DNA of 64,000 bases, taken from positions 4,547-68,546 of the forward strand of contig CADEDM010000004.1 of NCBI GenBank assembly GCA_902826065.1, in the 5' to 3' direction. Position 1 is the first letter of the stretch. Each line of letters begins with the position of its first letter. The notes below the pieces were generated by a model that worked only from the letters and a program-made list of their open reading frames with translations, did no database searches and was not told the origin of the DNA. Position numbers and translations under genes: made by a program. This DNA comes from an uncultured Acidobacteriota bacterium. GTDB taxonomy: Bacteria > Acidobacteriota > Vicinamibacteria > Vicinamibacterales > UBA2999. Below, in pieces: positions 26,937 to 37,757 of the stretch.

Positions 26937-27137
26937 ATGAAAGCCGCTGGGATGGTGTTGCTGGTGTTGGGCGTGCTGGCCCTCGTGTACGGCGGAATCT
27001 CGTGGACGCGCAAGGACACCGTGGTCGACGCCGGGCCGATTGAGATCACGGCCGACAAGAAGGAGTCGCTCGCGTTCCCGCCGCTCGCCGGCATCGCGCT
27101 GGTCATCGGCGGCGCCGCGCTGCTGATGAAGAGGTAA
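26937..27137 (+). CDS. small two-TM membrane protein, hypothetical
   Basis: ORF 26937..27137 (66 aa). GGAGG lies 5 nt upstream. Two hydrophobic helices flank a polar loop. Confidence 0.55.
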   Translation: MKAAGMVLLVLGVLALVYGGISWTRKDTVVDAGPIEITADKKESLAFPPLAGIALVIGGAALLMKR

Positions 27138-27154
27138 GCGCGGCGATACACAGA

Positions 27155-27174
27155 AGGGGCAGCGCATTGCCCCT
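27155..27174 (+). terminator. hairpin after the small membrane-protein gene
   Basis: aggggca-gcgcat-tgcccct forms a 7-bp stem 18 nt after the stop. No U-tract. Confidence 0.35.
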
Positions 27175-27212
27175 CCTGTCGCCTCGTGGCGGCGCACCGG
27201 CCACGCCCAGCG

Positions 27213-27228
27213 CGGCACACGCGTTGCA
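27213..27228 (+). promoter_or_regulatory. sigma54-type -24/-12 promoter
   Basis: CGGCACacgcgTTGCA (perfect core). The predicted TSS near 27239 is 48 nt upstream of ATG 27287. Confidence 0.55.
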
Positions 27229-27286
27229 GCGTGGCTGACAGTGACCGCGACGGCGCGGTGGCGACATCCTCGAAGGAGACACGGTC

Positions 27287-27745
27287 ATGGCGCAGGCGCA
27301 GTTCGCGGCAACGACGATGGACGACGTGGCATCGGAACGGGACCGGTACGACGAGCTGAAGGCGATGCTCGAGAGCCGCCGGCTGGTGCTGGCAGAAGAA
27401 CTGAACGGGCGCCTGCGTGGCGTGCGCGACGGCGCGACCGAACGTCCGCACGACGGCCGCGACTTCGGCGAGATCGCCGACACCGACGTGCAGGATGAGA
27501 TTCAGTTCACGCTGCTCGAGATGAAGGCCGAGATCCTGGGCAAGGTCAACGAGGCGCTCGCCCGGCTCGAGGACGGCCGCTACGGCCACTGCCACGAGTG
27601 TGGCGACGAGATCGCGGCGCCGCGCCTGCGCGCCCTGCCCTTCGCCGTTCGTTGCCGCGACTGCGAGTCGGAACGCGAGCTGGACGCCATGCGAACGCAG
27701 TCGGCGGCCCGCCGGGCCGCGCCGCTCTTCGACGCGAGAACCTGA
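27287..27745 (+). CDS. DksA/TraR family C4-type zinc-finger protein
   Basis: ORF 27287..27745. Coiled-coil N-terminal part and the CxxC-N17-CxxC finger GHCHECGDEIAAPRLRALPFAVRCRDCES. GAAGGAG RBS. Confidence 0.85.
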   Translation: MAQAQFAATTMDDVASERDRYDELKAMLESRRLVLAEELNGRLRGVRDGATERPHDGRDFGEIADTDVQDEIQFTLLEMKAEILGKVNEALARLEDGRYGHCHECGDEIAAPRLRALPFAVRCRDCESERELDAMRTQSAARRAAPLFDART

Positions 27746-27795
27746 CCAGTGCCGCCCGGCGACGCCAAAGCGCCGGGCCGTGCGTGAAGGAACCC

Positions 27796-28704
27796 ATGGG
27801 CAGCCGTCCAGTGCATCTGTTTCCCGTTCCGCGCCTGCGGCCGGTACCGCCGCCGGTAGCCGTGCCGACGGTGACGCCGTCCGCCGGCGAGATCCTCGAC
27901 GCCATCGGCGACGCCGTCATCGCCACCGACACGTCGGCGCGCATCACCTACATGAATCCCGCGGCGGAACGCCTCACCGGGTGGAGCGGCGACGCCCTGG
28001 CCGGCGGCCCGGTCACGCGCCTCGTACGGCTCGACGAGACTGGCCGCCGCGCGTCGACCGCCTGCCGCCTCGTGTGCCGCGACGGGACGGAGCGTCCCGC
28101 CGAAGTGACGAGCTCGCCGCTGCATGGCCCGGCGGGCATCGTCATCGGCCGCGTCCTGGTGTGCCGCGACGTCGGCCCGACGCTGGCCTTGACGCAGGCC
28201 CTCAACCACCGCGCCAGCCACGATCCGCTCACCACGCTGCCCAACCGGCGCGGCCTGTTCGAGCGGCTCGACGCCGCGTTGGCCTCCTCGAGTACGCACG
28301 GGCATCCCGCCGCGGTCGGCTTCCTCGATGTCGACGGCATGAAGGGCGTGAACGACACGCACGGTCACGCCACGGGCGACGAGTTGCTCATCTCGGTGGC
28401 CGATCGTCTGCGCGCGCTGGTGCGTGGCGCCGATACGGTGTCGCGCCTGGGTGGCGATGAGTTCGTCGTGGTGCTGAGCCGCGTGGAGCGCCCGCGCGAT
28501 GCCGAGGCGCTGCTGCGCGTGCTCGGCGCGGCGGTCGCACTGCCGCATCGTCTGTCGAACGCCGTCGTGCAGGTGGAGGTCAGCGTGGGCCTGGCCTGCT
28601 ACCCCGACCACGGGCGTACGGCTCTGGAACTGCTGGAGCGGGCCGATCGCGCCATGTACACGGCCAAGCAGGCCCGCAGCGGCGTCGCCGTCGCGGCGGT
28701 GTGA
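27796..28704 (+). CDS. PAS domain-containing diguanylate cyclase (GGDEF)
   Basis: Within ORF 27598..28704; start at ATG 27796. PAS (ILDAIGDAVIATDTSARITYMNPAAERLTGW) followed by an intact GGDEF domain (DPLTTLPNRRG...RLGGDEFVVVL). Confidence 0.85.
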   Translation: MGSRPVHLFPVPRLRPVPPPVAVPTVTPSAGEILDAIGDAVIATDTSARITYMNPAAERLTGWSGDALAGGPVTRLVRLDETGRRASTACRLVCRDGTERPAEVTSSPLHGPAGIVIGRVLVCRDVGPTLALTQALNHRASHDPLTTLPNRRGLFERLDAALASSSTHGHPAAVGFLDVDGMKGVNDTHGHATGDELLISVADRLRALVRGADTVSRLGGDEFVVVLSRVERPRDAEALLRVLGAAVALPHRLSNAVVQVEVSVGLACYPDHGRTALELLERADRAMYTAKQARSGVAVAAV

Positions 28705-28708
28705 CGAG

Positions 28709-28732
28709 GCCGGCGGCGACGCCGCCGCCGGC
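28709..28732. terminator. bidirectional GC hairpin
   Basis: gccggcggcg-acgc-cgccgccggc forms a perfect 10-bp stem with a 4-nt loop, 5 nt after the GGDEF stop and between convergent genes. Confidence 0.5.
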
Positions 28733-28753
28733 ATCGTGCAGTGCGGCGGAACC

Positions 28754-28957
28754 CTAGCGCTGCGAGTCCATCTCCCGGTCCGGCAGATCCGGATCGAGAT
28801 CCTCGTCGTCGCCGTCAGCCGCCGACGGACGGCGCGGCCGCTCGTGCGCCTCACGTGACGGCGTCGCCGCGGAGCCGCGACGCTCTGCCTCGCGTCCGGA
28901 TGGCGGCGTCGTGCGCGGCGGGTCGGGAGTGTCGGGCGTGGTCTGGGTGCGTGGCAT
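28754..28957 (-). CDS. small hypothetical protein (67 aa, Pro/Arg/Asp-rich, likely disordered)
   Basis: Internal ATG of ORF 28754..29053, with GGAGG 8 nt upstream. High GC3 in this frame. No recognisable family. Confidence 0.35.
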   Translation of the reverse strand: MPRTQTTPDTPDPPRTTPPSGREAERRGSAATPSREAHERPRRPSAADGDDEDLDPDLPDREMDSQR

Positions 28958-29188
28958 CGTGAGACCTCCAGGCGCGACGTGACACGAGACCGCCGGAGGG
29001 TGCCGGCCGCATGGGCGCCGCAATACGTGTGATGGCCGAACGCAACCGCCCATGGCGGCGCACTGAATCTCGGTGCGAATCCCGGGCCACGTCGCAACCG
29101 GCGCCAGGCGCGCGTTCAGTCGGCGGGCCTGTTTCGAGCCGGGTTCACCTTGGGCACTCTGGGCGCGTGCGTGGGCACGGGCCTGCCG

Positions 29189-29368
29189 TTACGCCGATCG
29201 AAACCGGTCGGGCTGGTGCGGTGGCGCCGAGTGCGCGCTGGTCCGACCGGGGAGCAGATCGGCGATGCGGCCGTCGTCGGGCACGTCGAGGACGCGCGTG
29301 CGGGGGTCGATGGTGACGTAGACGTCGCTGTCGTCGCCGAATCGTGGATTGGTCGTCGCGTTACCCAT
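29189..29368 (-). CDS. small hypothetical protein (59 aa)
   Basis: Internal ATG of ORF 29189..29737, with GGGAG 7 nt upstream. Strongly C/G-ending codons. A sigma54-like motif lies 55 nt upstream. No recognisable family. Confidence 0.4.
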   Translation of the reverse strand: MGNATTNPRFGDDSDVYVTIDPRTRVLDVPDDGRIADLLPGRTSAHSAPPHQPDRFRSA

Positions 29369-29422
29369 TCTCAATCTCCCGTGACCCACTTCCGCGACGA
29401 TCTCGTCGCCCGCCCAGACAAC

Positions 29423-29438
29423 TGCAACGCTCGCGCCA
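29423..29438 (-). promoter_or_regulatory. sigma54-like -24/-12 motif (one core mismatch)
   Basis: The reverse complement reads TGGCGCgagcgTTGCA, nearly identical to the 17892 site (GGCGCgagcCTTGCA). It is divergent from the glucan-synthase promoter. Confidence 0.35.
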
Positions 29439-29449
29439 GCGAATGAGAC

Positions 29450-29465
29450 GGGCACTGCCCTTGCA
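29450..29465 (+). promoter_or_regulatory. sigma54-type -24/-12 promoter
   Basis: GGGCACtgcccTTGCA (perfect core). The -12 C at 29464 predicts a TSS near 29476, 2 nt before GTG 29478. Confidence 0.55.
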
Positions 29466-29477
29466 GCCAAACGCGGC

Positions 29478-32400
29478 GTGTCCAAATGGCCGAGGTCTGG
29501 CGCGAGCTCTGTGGTCGAGCCGCCGTTGCGCGGCGAGCTCTTCGATCTCGCCCGGCTCCAGGACCACGCGCGAGCGCTCGCCGCCCGCCTCGTCATCGCG
29601 CCGAGAGGCCGCACGACCCGCACCCTCGCCCGGTTCGCGGAGAACACCGAGCGCATCGCCGAGGCGCATACCGCGCTCGCCGACGACACACGGCATGGGG
29701 TCTTCGTCGAGCCGGCCGGAGAGTGGCTGCTCGACAACTACCACCTCGTCGACGGCGAAGTGCGGGCGCTGCGCCGTGATCTCCCACCCAGCTTCTACGC
29801 GCGCTTGCCCGCGACGGTCGAGCAGGACGTGGCCGTGGCGCGCGTCGACGTCCTGGCCGCCGAGTTCGTGCGGCACAGCGACAGCCGCCTCGACCGCACG
29901 CACATGGAGGCGTACCTCACCAGCGTCCAGACGGTCACGCCGCTGACGCTCGGCGAACTGTGGGCGTGGCCGAGCGTGCTGCGCCTGGCGCTGCTCGAGA
30001 ACCTGCGCCGTCTCGCCGACGCGATGCTCGATGCCCGCGCGGCCAGGGACGCCGTCACCCGCTACCTCGAACGCGCCGGGCGCTCGGCGCCGCCGCAGCA
30101 GCCGCCGACGCCCCCGTCCAGCGGCGAACCCGTGTTCATGGCCCAGCTCTCGCACCGGTTGCGCGAGGAAGGGCAGGCCTTCGACGAGGTGCGCGCCTGG
30201 CTCGAACGGCGGGCGCGCGAACGGGCCACCACGCCCGACGCGATCGTGCGCGACGTGCACCAGCAGCATGCCGCGGTGCAAGTGCTGGTCGCCAATGTCA
30301 TCACCAGCCTGCGGCTGTGTGCGGCGCTGGACTGGTCGTCGTTCGTCGAGGTGGTGAGCGGCGTCGATCACATGCTGCGGCGCGACCCGGCCGGCGTCTA
30401 CCCGCGCATGGACTTCGCCAGCCGCGATGCCCAGCGTCAGGCGCTGGAAGCGCTGGCTCCGTACGACGGCGACGCGCAGCAGCGGGTGGCGCGGGCGGCG
30501 CTCGACTGCGCCACGACCGCGGCGGCGCCGGCGGGCGATCGGCGCACCCACGTCGGCTACTACCTCGTCGGCCCCGGACGGGACGAGCTGATTCGCCGCG
30601 TCGGCGGTCCGCTGCCAGGTGCGGTGCGCTGGCGCCGGCGCGTCGCCCGGCATGCCGGCACCGCCTACTTCGGCGCCATCACCGTCGCCGCGGCGGCGGC
30701 GCTGGCCGTGCTGGCCCTGCACGCACGCGCGGAAGGCGGGTCCACCGCGCTCACCGTCGTCGCCGTGCTGGCGTTCGCGCTGCCGGCCCTCGACGCGGCG
30801 ATCGCCGCGGTGAACCGCGTCGTCAGCGGGCTGGTGCCGCCGGATCGCCTGCCGCGAATCGACTTCTCCCGTGGCCTGCCGCCGCACGCCCGCACGATGG
30901 TGATCGTGCCGACGCTGCTCACCAGCGTCGAGGGCGTGGAGGCGCTGCTCGAGCAGCTCGAGGTGACGGCGCTCGCCAACACCGATCCCGCCGTGCACTT
31001 CGCGATCCTCAGTGACTTCGCCGACGCCGTCACCGCCGAGACGCCGCAGGACGCCGCGATCCTCGCCGCCGCGGTCGACGGCATCGCCGCGCTCAACGCC
31101 CGCGCCGGTGTCGCCGACCGCTTCTTCTTCTTCCACCGTGCCCGCCTCTGGAACGCCGGCGAAGGCGTGTGGATGGGGTGGGAGCGGAAGCGCGGCAAGA
31201 TCGAGGAATTCAACCGCCGCCTGCGCGGCGCGCGCGACACCAGCTACGCGGTGGAGGCCGGGGCCGTCGCCATCCTCCCGTCGGTGCGTTACTGCCTGAC
31301 GCTCGACACCGACACGCGCCTGCCGCGCGACGCGGTACGCACGCTCGTGGGCATCCTCGAGCATCCACTGAACCGGCCGCGCATCGACGATCGCCTGGGC
31401 CGCGTGGTCGAGGGCTACGGCATCCTGCAGCCGCGCGTCAGCGTCACGATGACCAGCGCGTCGTACTCGCTGTTCGCACGGCTCTATGCCGGCCACACCG
31501 GCGTCGATCCGTACACGACCGCTGTGTCCGACGTCTACCAGGACGTCTTCCACGAGGGCATCTTCACCGGCAAGGGGCTCTACGACGTCGACGCCTTCAT
31601 GCGCGTGCTCGAAGGGCGCGTGCCCGACAACGCGGTGCTCTCGCACGATCTCTTCGAGGGGCTCTACGCACGGGCCGCGCTCGTGACCGACGTCGAGGTC
31701 ATCGACGACTACCCGTCCAGCCTGCTGGCGCACGCCCGCCGCCTGCATCGCTGGGTCCGCGGCGACTGGCAGATCCTTCGCTGGGTGTTTCCGCTGGTGC
31801 CGACACGCGAGGGCGTCACCCGGAACCGTCTGCCGTGGCGGTCACGCTGGAAGATCCTCGACAATCTGCGCCGTAGCCTCACGCCGCCCGGCACCGGCGC
31901 GGCGCTGGCGGCGGCGTGGCTGCTGATGCCGGGCTCGCTGCTGTGGTGGACGGTCGCGGCGCTGGCTGCGCCGCTCGCGCCGCTCGCGATTCGCGTCATC
32001 ACCGGCCTGGGCGCGACGCTGCTGGGCCGTCACGATCATGTGTCGCTGGCGGGGCTGATCGACGATCTGCGAGTCGACGCCGCGCGCGTATTGCTCGACG
32101 TCACCTTCCTGGCGCAGACCACGTGGGCAATGCTGCACGCGATCGGCCTGACGCTGGTGCGCCTGACCGTGACGCGCCGGCGGCTGCTCGAGTGGGAGAC
32201 CGCCGCGGCCAGCGCCGCCAGTGCCAAGGGACGCGACGCCTGGGGCTTCGTCTCGGCGATGATCGCGAGCCCGGCCATCGCGGCGGCGACGACCGCCGTG
32301 GTAGCCGTGGTGCGGCCGTCGGCCCTGCCGGTCGTGGCGCCGTTCGCCTTCGCCTGGCTCGCCGCGCCGCTCGTGGCGCACGGCCTCAGCCAGCCGGTGA

Positions 32401-35400
32401 CGCGGGCGCGGGCCATGCTTGCCGACGACGACCGCGAGTGGCTGCAGGCCCTGGCGCGCGACACGTGGCGCTTCTTCGAGACGTTCACGACCGCCGAGCA
32501 TCACCACCTGCCGCCTGACAACGTGCAGTTCACGCCCGACGTGCGGGTCGCGGCGCGGACCTCGCCGACCAACATCGGGATGGGCCTGCTGTCGATGCTG
32601 GCGGCCCACGACCTGGGATTCCTGCCCGCCGACGAGCTCACCGGACGCATCGAGCGGACGCTCGCGAGCCTCGAGCGCGTCGAGAAGGTCCACGGCCACC
32701 TGCTGAACTGGTACGACACCGCGACGCTGGAACCGCTGCGGCCGGCGTATGTCTCGACCGTCGACAGCGGCAATCTCGCCGGCGCCCTGCTCACCGTGGC
32801 CGTGGCGCTCGACGAGGCGGCGGAGGGATCGGCCGACGCGGGCGCGCTGCACGCGCTGGCGGCGCGCGCCCGCCAGCTGGTCGACGACATGGACTTCACG
32901 TTCCTGTTCGACCCGGCGCGCGAGCTCTTCGCCATCGGCTATCGCGTCGCCGACCGCGACGGTGTCGGCCGGCTCGATACGTCGTCGTACGACCTGCTCG
33001 CGTCCGAAGCGCGCCTGGCCAGCTTCCTCGCCATCGCCCGCGGCGACGTGCCGCAGCGGCACTGGTTCCGCCTGGGACGTCCGCTCACCGTGCTGCACGG
33101 CGCCCCGGTGCTGCTGTCGTGGAGCGCCACGATGTTCGAGTACCTGATGCCGGCGCTGCTGATGCGCGCCTATCCGGAGACGCTGCTCGCGGCGTCGGCC
33201 GTACGGGCGGTGCGGCATCAGCGAGAGTACGCGCGGTCGCTGGGCGTGCCGTGGGGCATCTCGGAGTCGGCGTACTCGGTCGTCGATCGCCACGACACGT
33301 ATCAGTACCGGGCCTTCGGTGTGCCGGGGCTCGGGCTCGCGCGCGGCCTGGCCGACGATCTCGTGGTGGCGCCGTATGCGACGGGACTCGCGCTCGCCGT
33401 TGCACCGACGGCCGCCGTCGGCAACCTGCGCCGGCTGGCCGGCCTGGGCGCGCGTGGCGAGTTCGGGTTCTACGACGCCGTCGACTTCACCGATCGCACG
33501 GCGCCCGGTGACGGCGCCCGCGCCCGGCGGCACGCGGACACCGGCACCGTGGTGCAGACCTGCATGAGCCACCACCAGGGCATGATGCTCGTGGCCATCG
33601 CCAACGCGCTACTCGACGACCGCATGGTGGCGCGCTTCCATCGCGACCCGATGGTACGGGCGACGGAGCTGCTGCTGCAGGAACGCGTGCCGCGGCCGCC
33701 GGCCGAGTCGATGAAGCCGGGAGAAGACGACGCCCGGGTGCCGGCCACGGCCACGACCGTGCCGGTGCGCCGCTATCGTTCCGCGGTCACCCCGGCGCCG
33801 CAGGCGCAGTTGCTCTCGAACGGCGCCTACGTGGTGGCCGTCACCAACGCCGGCGGCGGCGCGTCGTCGTTCCGCGGGCTGGCGGTCACGCGCTGGCGGC
33901 GCGACGCGACGTGCGACCCGGCGAGCCAGGCGCTCTATCTGCGCGACGTGCGCAGCGGCGCCGTCTGGTCGGCGACGCACCAGCCGACGTGCGTGGAGGC
34001 CGAGGAGTACGTCGCCACGTTCCACCCGGACAAGGCGACGTTCCAGCGCATCGACGACGATCTCGCGACCCAGCTCGACATCGCCGTCTCGCCCGAGGAC
34101 GACGTCGAGGTGCGGCGCCTGACGCTGCGCAACCACGGCCTGCGCGCCCGCGAGATCGAGGTGACGAGCTACGTCGAGATCGCGCTGGCGTCGATGCGCG
34201 ACGACCTCGCGCATCCGGCGTTCGGCAAGCTGTTCGTCGAGACGAGCTACGCGCCCGAGAGCACCGCGATCCTGTGCCGGAAGCGGCCGCGGCAGAAGAA
34301 CGACGAGCTGTGGGCGGTGCACGTCCTCAGCCTCGAGGGCCACGCGTTCGGCCCGGTGGAGTGGGAGACCGACCGCGAGCGGTTCATCGGCCGGGGCCGC
34401 ACGCTGGCGGCGCCGCGCGCGCTCGACGGGCGAGCGCTCAGCGGCACCACCGGCACCGTGCTCGATCCCGTGTGCAGCCTGCGGTTGCGGGTGCGGGTGC
34501 CGGCCGGCGGCCAGGCGCGGGTGGCGTTTGCAACCGGCGTCGCCGCCAATCGTGAGGCGGCGGTGCGACTGGCGCGCACCTACCACCATCCGGCCGCGAC
34601 GTCGCGGGCCTTCGCCCTCGCCTTCACGCACGCGCAGGGCCTGCGCCAGCACCTCGGCGTCTCGTCGGAGGACGCGCGCGTGTTCGAGCGCCTGGCCTCG
34701 CTGCTCCACTACGTCGACGAATCGGGACGCGCCGAGCCGGCCGTGTTCGAGGCCAACACGCTCGGGCAACCGGGCCTGTGGCGCCACGGCCTGTCGGGGG
34801 ATCTGCCGATCGCGTTGGTGCGCGTCGGCCCCGGCTCCGACGGCCCCGACCTCGTGCGCCAGGTCCTGCAGGCGCAGGAGTACTGGCGCATGAAGGGGCT
34901 CACGTCGGACGTCGTGGTCGTCAACGAGCATCCGGTCTCGTACTTCGACGAGATGCACGCGGCGCTCACCGACGTGCTGGCCTCGGGTCCGTGGCGGGCC
35001 TGGACCAACAAGCCGGCCGGCGCGCTGCTGCTGCGCCGCGACGCCCTGTCCGACGAGGAAGACCGCCTCCTGTCGGCGGTGGCGCGCGTGGTCGTGCGCA
35101 GCGGCGAGGGCGACCTGCGCATGCAGCTCGACCCGCGACGCCCGGCGACCGCGGCGGCGACCCCGCCCTCCGATGCCGCCTACGAGCCGCTGCGCGGCGC
35201 CCCGGGCGCGGCGTCGGCGCTGGTCCCGGCGTCGGCGCCCACTGCGCCGCGAGCCGGCGTGGACGTGGGGCTCGGCCGTTTCCTCGACGCCGGCCGCACG
35301 TTCGCCCTCGAGGTCGGTGAGGGCCGCGACACGCCCACACCGTGGTCGAACGTGCTCGCGAACGCAGCGTTCGGCTCGCTCGTCACCAGCAGCGGCGCCA

Positions 35401-37721
35401 GCCACACCTGGGCCGTCAACAGCCGCGAGAACCGCCTGACGCCGTTCGCGAACGACCCGGTGTCGGACCCGACGGCCGAGGCGATCTACCTGCGCGACGA
35501 CCTGAGCGGCGAGATCTGGTCGCCGACACCGGCCCCCGTTGCGACGCGCGGCGCCGGCACGGTCGACGTGCGGCACGCCCCCGGCCTCACCACGTTCCAG
35601 CGCGAAGTCCGTGGCATCGCGTCGATGCTCGAGGTGTTCGTCGACGTCGAGGCGCCGGTGAAGTGCGCACTCCTCACGCTCGCGAACCGCGGCGACAGCC
35701 CGCGCCGTCTCAGCGTCGTGCCGTACTGCCAGTGGGCGCTGGGCCCGCCGCAGGACGGCCACCACCTCCACGTCGTCACGCACTACGACTCCGGCCGCGG
35801 CGCCGTGCTCGCGACCAACGCGTTCAGCGACGTCTTCCGCCGCCGCGTCGCGTTCCTGGCGACGTCGTACCGGCCGCGGGCGGCCACCGCCGACCGCGCG
35901 GCGTTCCTCGGCCGTTTCGGCACCATGGCAGATCCACCGGGAGCGCGTCGGCCCCTCGTCTCGCGATTCGGCGGCGGTCTCGACCCGTGCGCCGCGCTCG
36001 AAGTCGGCGTCGAGATCGGCGCCGGTGAGACGGTGCGCCTGGTGGTCGTGCTTGGACAAGGGGACGACGCCACCCACGCCGGCGCCCTGATCGATCGCTT
36101 CGCCAACGTGACCACGGCAGCCGCTGCGCTCCAGCGCGTGCGGGAGTCCTGGGCGGCGTCGCTCGATGCCGTGCGCGTGCGGACGCCCGACGACTCGTTC
36201 GACACGATGATGAACACCTGGCTGCTGTACCAGACGCTCGCCTGTCGCGTGCACGGGCGCACGGGGTACTTCCAGCCGGGCGGCGCCTTCGGGTTCCGCG
36301 ACCAGACGCAGGACGTGCTGGCGCTCTGCCATGCGCGCCCCGATCTGACCCGTGCGCACCTGCTGCGCGCGGCCGCCCATCAGTTCGTCGAGGGCGACGT
36401 GCAGCACTGGTGGCACGAGCCGTCGGGCCGCGGCCTGCGGTCGCGCTGCTCCGACGACCTGCTGTGGCTGCCGTTCGCCGTCGCCGAGTACGTGCGGCAC
36501 ACCGGCGACCTCGCGTTGCTCGACGAACGCGTGCCGTACCTCCATGCGCCGGTCCTGCCGGCCGGCGTCGCCGAGTCGTACGACCTGCCGCAGTCGGGTC
36601 CCGACGACGGCACGATGCTCGATCACTGCCGACGCGCGGTCGATCGCGTGCTCGCGCTCGGCGAAGGCGAGCACGGCCTGCCCCTGATGGGCGGGGGCGA
36701 CTGGAACGACGGCATGAACCTGGTCGGCGACGAGGGCCGCGGCGAGAGCACATGGCTCGGCTTCTTCCTGCACGGCGTGCTCGAGCGCACGGCGTGGCTG
36801 TGCGAGGCGGCCGGCGAGGCGGCCACGGCGACGCGTTATCGCCACGAGTCGAGCCGGCTGGTGCCCGCCCTCGACGCCGCGTGGGACGGCGAGTGGTATC
36901 GCCGCGGCTACTACGACGACGGCACGCCGCTCGGCGCCGCCCATGCCGACGAGTGCCGCATCGATTCGATCGCGCAGTCGTGGGCGGTGCTGTCGTCGGT
37001 GGTGCCGCGGGCCCGGGCGGAGCGCGCCATCGACGCCGTGCGCGCGCACCTCGTCTCGCGACAGATGCGCACCATCGCGCTGCTGACACCGCCGTTCGAC
37101 GCCTCGGCGCAGGAGCCCGGCTACATCAAGGGCTATCCGCCGGGCGTGCGCGAGAACGGCGGCCAGTACACGCACGCCGCCGCGTGGTTCATCATGGCGC
37201 TGGCGCGCCTCGACGCCGGGGACGAGGCGATGGAGCTGTTCCACATGATCAACCCGGTGAACCGCTCGCGGACGCGCGCCGACGTCGATCGCTACCGGCT
37301 CGAGCCGTACGTGGTCGCCGGCGACGTCTACACGCACCCGCAGCACCCGGGACGCGGCGGCTGGTCGTGGTACACGGGCTCGGCGGGCTGGCTGTATCGG
37401 GCCGGCCTCGAGCACCTGCTCGGCCTGCGGCGCGCCGGCGCCACCGCGTCGATCGACCCATGCGTGCCGTCGGCGTGGCCGGGCTTCGAGATCGAATGGC
37501 GGCACGGGCGATCGACGTATCGCATTCGCGTCACCAACCCGCATCGCGTCGGGCGCGGTGTCCAGCAGACGCTGCTCGACGGCCACCCCGCCGAACCACA
37601 CTGCATCCCGCTCGTCGACGACGGCGAGACCCACGTCATCGATGTGACGCTCGGCGGCCGCGGCGCCGATGCCGCGCGCACCGGACCGGCATCGCGCACG
37701 CCGTGGCATGGTCGTTGCTAA
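29478..37721 (+). CDS. cyclic beta-1,2-glucan synthase-like protein (GT84 glycosyltransferase + TM region + GH94 phosphorylase-like domains), 2,747 aa
   Basis: Single ORF 29478..37721. N-terminal [20 protein letters not shown] region, a GT-A-type block (ILSDFADA...[13 protein letters not shown]...LSHDLFEG), multiple TM helices, and C-terminal GH94-type motifs ([31 protein letters not shown]). Size and order match NdvB/Cgs-type enzymes. The start codon (GTG 29478, alternative 29511) is uncertain. Confidence 0.85.
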   Translation: MSKWPRSGASSVVEPPLRGELFDLARLQDHARALAARLVIAPRGRTTRTLARFAENTERIAEAHTALADDTRHGVFVEPAGEWLLDNYHLVDGEVRALRRDLPPSFYARLPATVEQDVAVARVDVLAAEFVRHSDSRLDRTHMEAYLTSVQTVTPLTLGELWAWPSVLRLALLENLRRLADAMLDARAARDAVTRYLERAGRSAPPQQPPTPPSSGEPVFMAQLSHRLREEGQAFDEVRAWLERRARERATTPDAIVRDVHQQHAAVQVLVANVITSLRLCAALDWSSFVEVVSGVDHMLRRDPAGVYPRMDFASRDAQRQALEALAPYDGDAQQRVARAALDCATTAAAPAGDRRTHVGYYLVGPGRDELIRRVGGPLPGAVRWRRRVARHAGTAYFGAITVAAAAALAVLALHARAEGGSTALTVVAVLAFALPALDAAIAAVNRVVSGLVPPDRLPRIDFSRGLPPHARTMVIVPTLLTSVEGVEALLEQLEVTALANTDPAVHFAILSDFADAVTAETPQDAAILAAAVDGIAALNARAGVADRFFFFHRARLWNAGEGVWMGWERKRGKIEEFNRRLRGARDTSYAVEAGAVAILPSVRYCLTLDTDTRLPRDAVRTLVGILEHPLNRPRIDDRLGRVVEGYGILQPRVSVTMTSASYSLFARLYAGHTGVDPYTTAVSDVYQDVFHEGIFTGKGLYDVDAFMRVLEGRVPDNAVLSHDLFEGLYARAALVTDVEVIDDYPSSLLAHARRLHRWVRGDWQILRWVFPLVPTREGVTRNRLPWRSRWKILDNLRRSLTPPGTGAALAAAWLLMPGSLLWWTVAALAAPLAPLAIRVITGLGATLLGRHDHVSLAGLIDDLRVDAARVLLDVTFLAQTTWAMLHAIGLTLVRLTVTRRRLLEWETAAASAASAKGRDAWGFVSAMIASPAIAAATTAVVAVVRPSALPVVAPFAFAWLAAPLVAHGLSQPVTRARAMLADDDREWLQALARDTWRFFETFTTAEHHHLPPDNVQFTPDVRVAARTSPTNIGMGLLSMLAAHDLGFLPADELTGRIERTLASLERVEKVHGHLLNWYDTATLEPLRPAYVSTVDSGNLAGALLTVAVALDEAAEGSADAGALHALAARARQLVDDMDFTFLFDPARELFAIGYRVADRDGVGRLDTSSYDLLASEARLASFLAIARGDVPQRHWFRLGRPLTVLHGAPVLLSWSATMFEYLMPALLMRAYPETLLAASAVRAVRHQREYARSLGVPWGISESAYSVVDRHDTYQYRAFGVPGLGLARGLADDLVVAPYATGLALAVAPTAAVGNLRRLAGLGARGEFGFYDAVDFTDRTAPGDGARARRHADTGTVVQTCMSHHQGMMLVAIANALLDDRMVARFHRDPMVRATELLLQERVPRPPAESMKPGEDDARVPATATTVPVRRYRSAVTPAPQAQLLSNGAYVVAVTNAGGGASSFRGLAVTRWRRDATCDPASQALYLRDVRSGAVWSATHQPTCVEAEEYVATFHPDKATFQRIDDDLATQLDIAVSPEDDVEVRRLTLRNHGLRAREIEVTSYVEIALASMRDDLAHPAFGKLFVETSYAPESTAILCRKRPRQKNDELWAVHVLSLEGHAFGPVEWETDRERFIGRGRTLAAPRALDGRALSGTTGTVLDPVCSLRLRVRVPAGGQARVAFATGVAANREAAVRLARTYHHPAATSRAFALAFTHAQGLRQHLGVSSEDARVFERLASLLHYVDESGRAEPAVFEANTLGQPGLWRHGLSGDLPIALVRVGPGSDGPDLVRQVLQAQEYWRMKGLTSDVVVVNEHPVSYFDEMHAALTDVLASGPWRAWTNKPAGALLLRRDALSDEEDRLLSAVARVVVRSGEGDLRMQLDPRRPATAAATPPSDAAYEPLRGAPGAASALVPASAPTAPRAGVDVGLGRFLDAGRTFALEVGEGRDTPTPWSNVLANAAFGSLVTSSGASHTWAVNSRENRLTPFANDPVSDPTAEAIYLRDDLSGEIWSPTPAPVATRGAGTVDVRHAPGLTTFQREVRGIASMLEVFVDVEAPVKCALLTLANRGDSPRRLSVVPYCQWALGPPQDGHHLHVVTHYDSGRGAVLATNAFSDVFRRRVAFLATSYRPRAATADRAAFLGRFGTMADPPGARRPLVSRFGGGLDPCAALEVGVEIGAGETVRLVVVLGQGDDATHAGALIDRFANVTTAAAALQRVRESWAASLDAVRVRTPDDSFDTMMNTWLLYQTLACRVHGRTGYFQPGGAFGFRDQTQDVLALCHARPDLTRAHLLRAAAHQFVEGDVQHWWHEPSGRGLRSRCSDDLLWLPFAVAEYVRHTGDLALLDERVPYLHAPVLPAGVAESYDLPQSGPDDGTMLDHCRRAVDRVLALGEGEHGLPLMGGGDWNDGMNLVGDEGRGESTWLGFFLHGVLERTAWLCEAAGEAATATRYRHESSRLVPALDAAWDGEWYRRGYYDDGTPLGAAHADECRIDSIAQSWAVLSSVVPRARAERAIDAVRAHLVSRQMRTIALLTPPFDASAQEPGYIKGYPPGVRENGGQYTHAAAWFIMALARLDAGDEAMELFHMINPVNRSRTRADVDRYRLEPYVVAGDVYTHPQHPGRGGWSWYTGSAGWLYRAGLEHLLGLRRAGATASIDPCVPSAWPGFEIEWRHGRSTYRIRVTNPHRVGRGVQQTLLDGHPAEPHCIPLVDDGETHVIDVTLGGRGADAARTGPASRTPWHGRC
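37704..37719 (+). promoter_or_regulatory. sigma54-type -24/-12 promoter (overlaps the 3' end and stop of the glucan synthase gene)
   Basis: TGGCATggtcgTTGCT is a near-consensus match. The predicted TSS near 37730 is 28 nt upstream of the csbD ATG. Confidence 0.6.
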
Positions 37722-37757
37722 CTGTCACCGCCATCGGACCTTTGCGAGGAGCAGACG

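Noticed and set aside
27155-27174. GGGGCAGCGCATTGCC considered as a further sigma54 promoter
   Set aside because: The GG-to-GC spacing is one nt short in the best register. The sequence is better explained as a 7-bp terminator-type hairpin right after the small membrane-protein gene. The true candidate lies 40 nt downstream at 27213.
29361-37709. Chain of long minus-strand ORFs (29361..31748, 31842..33575, 33609..37709; up to 1,366 aa) opposite the glucan synthase gene
   Set aside because: They are antisense shadows of a gene with clear GT84/GH94-type motifs. The products are Arg/Gly/Ala-rich with no recognisable domains.
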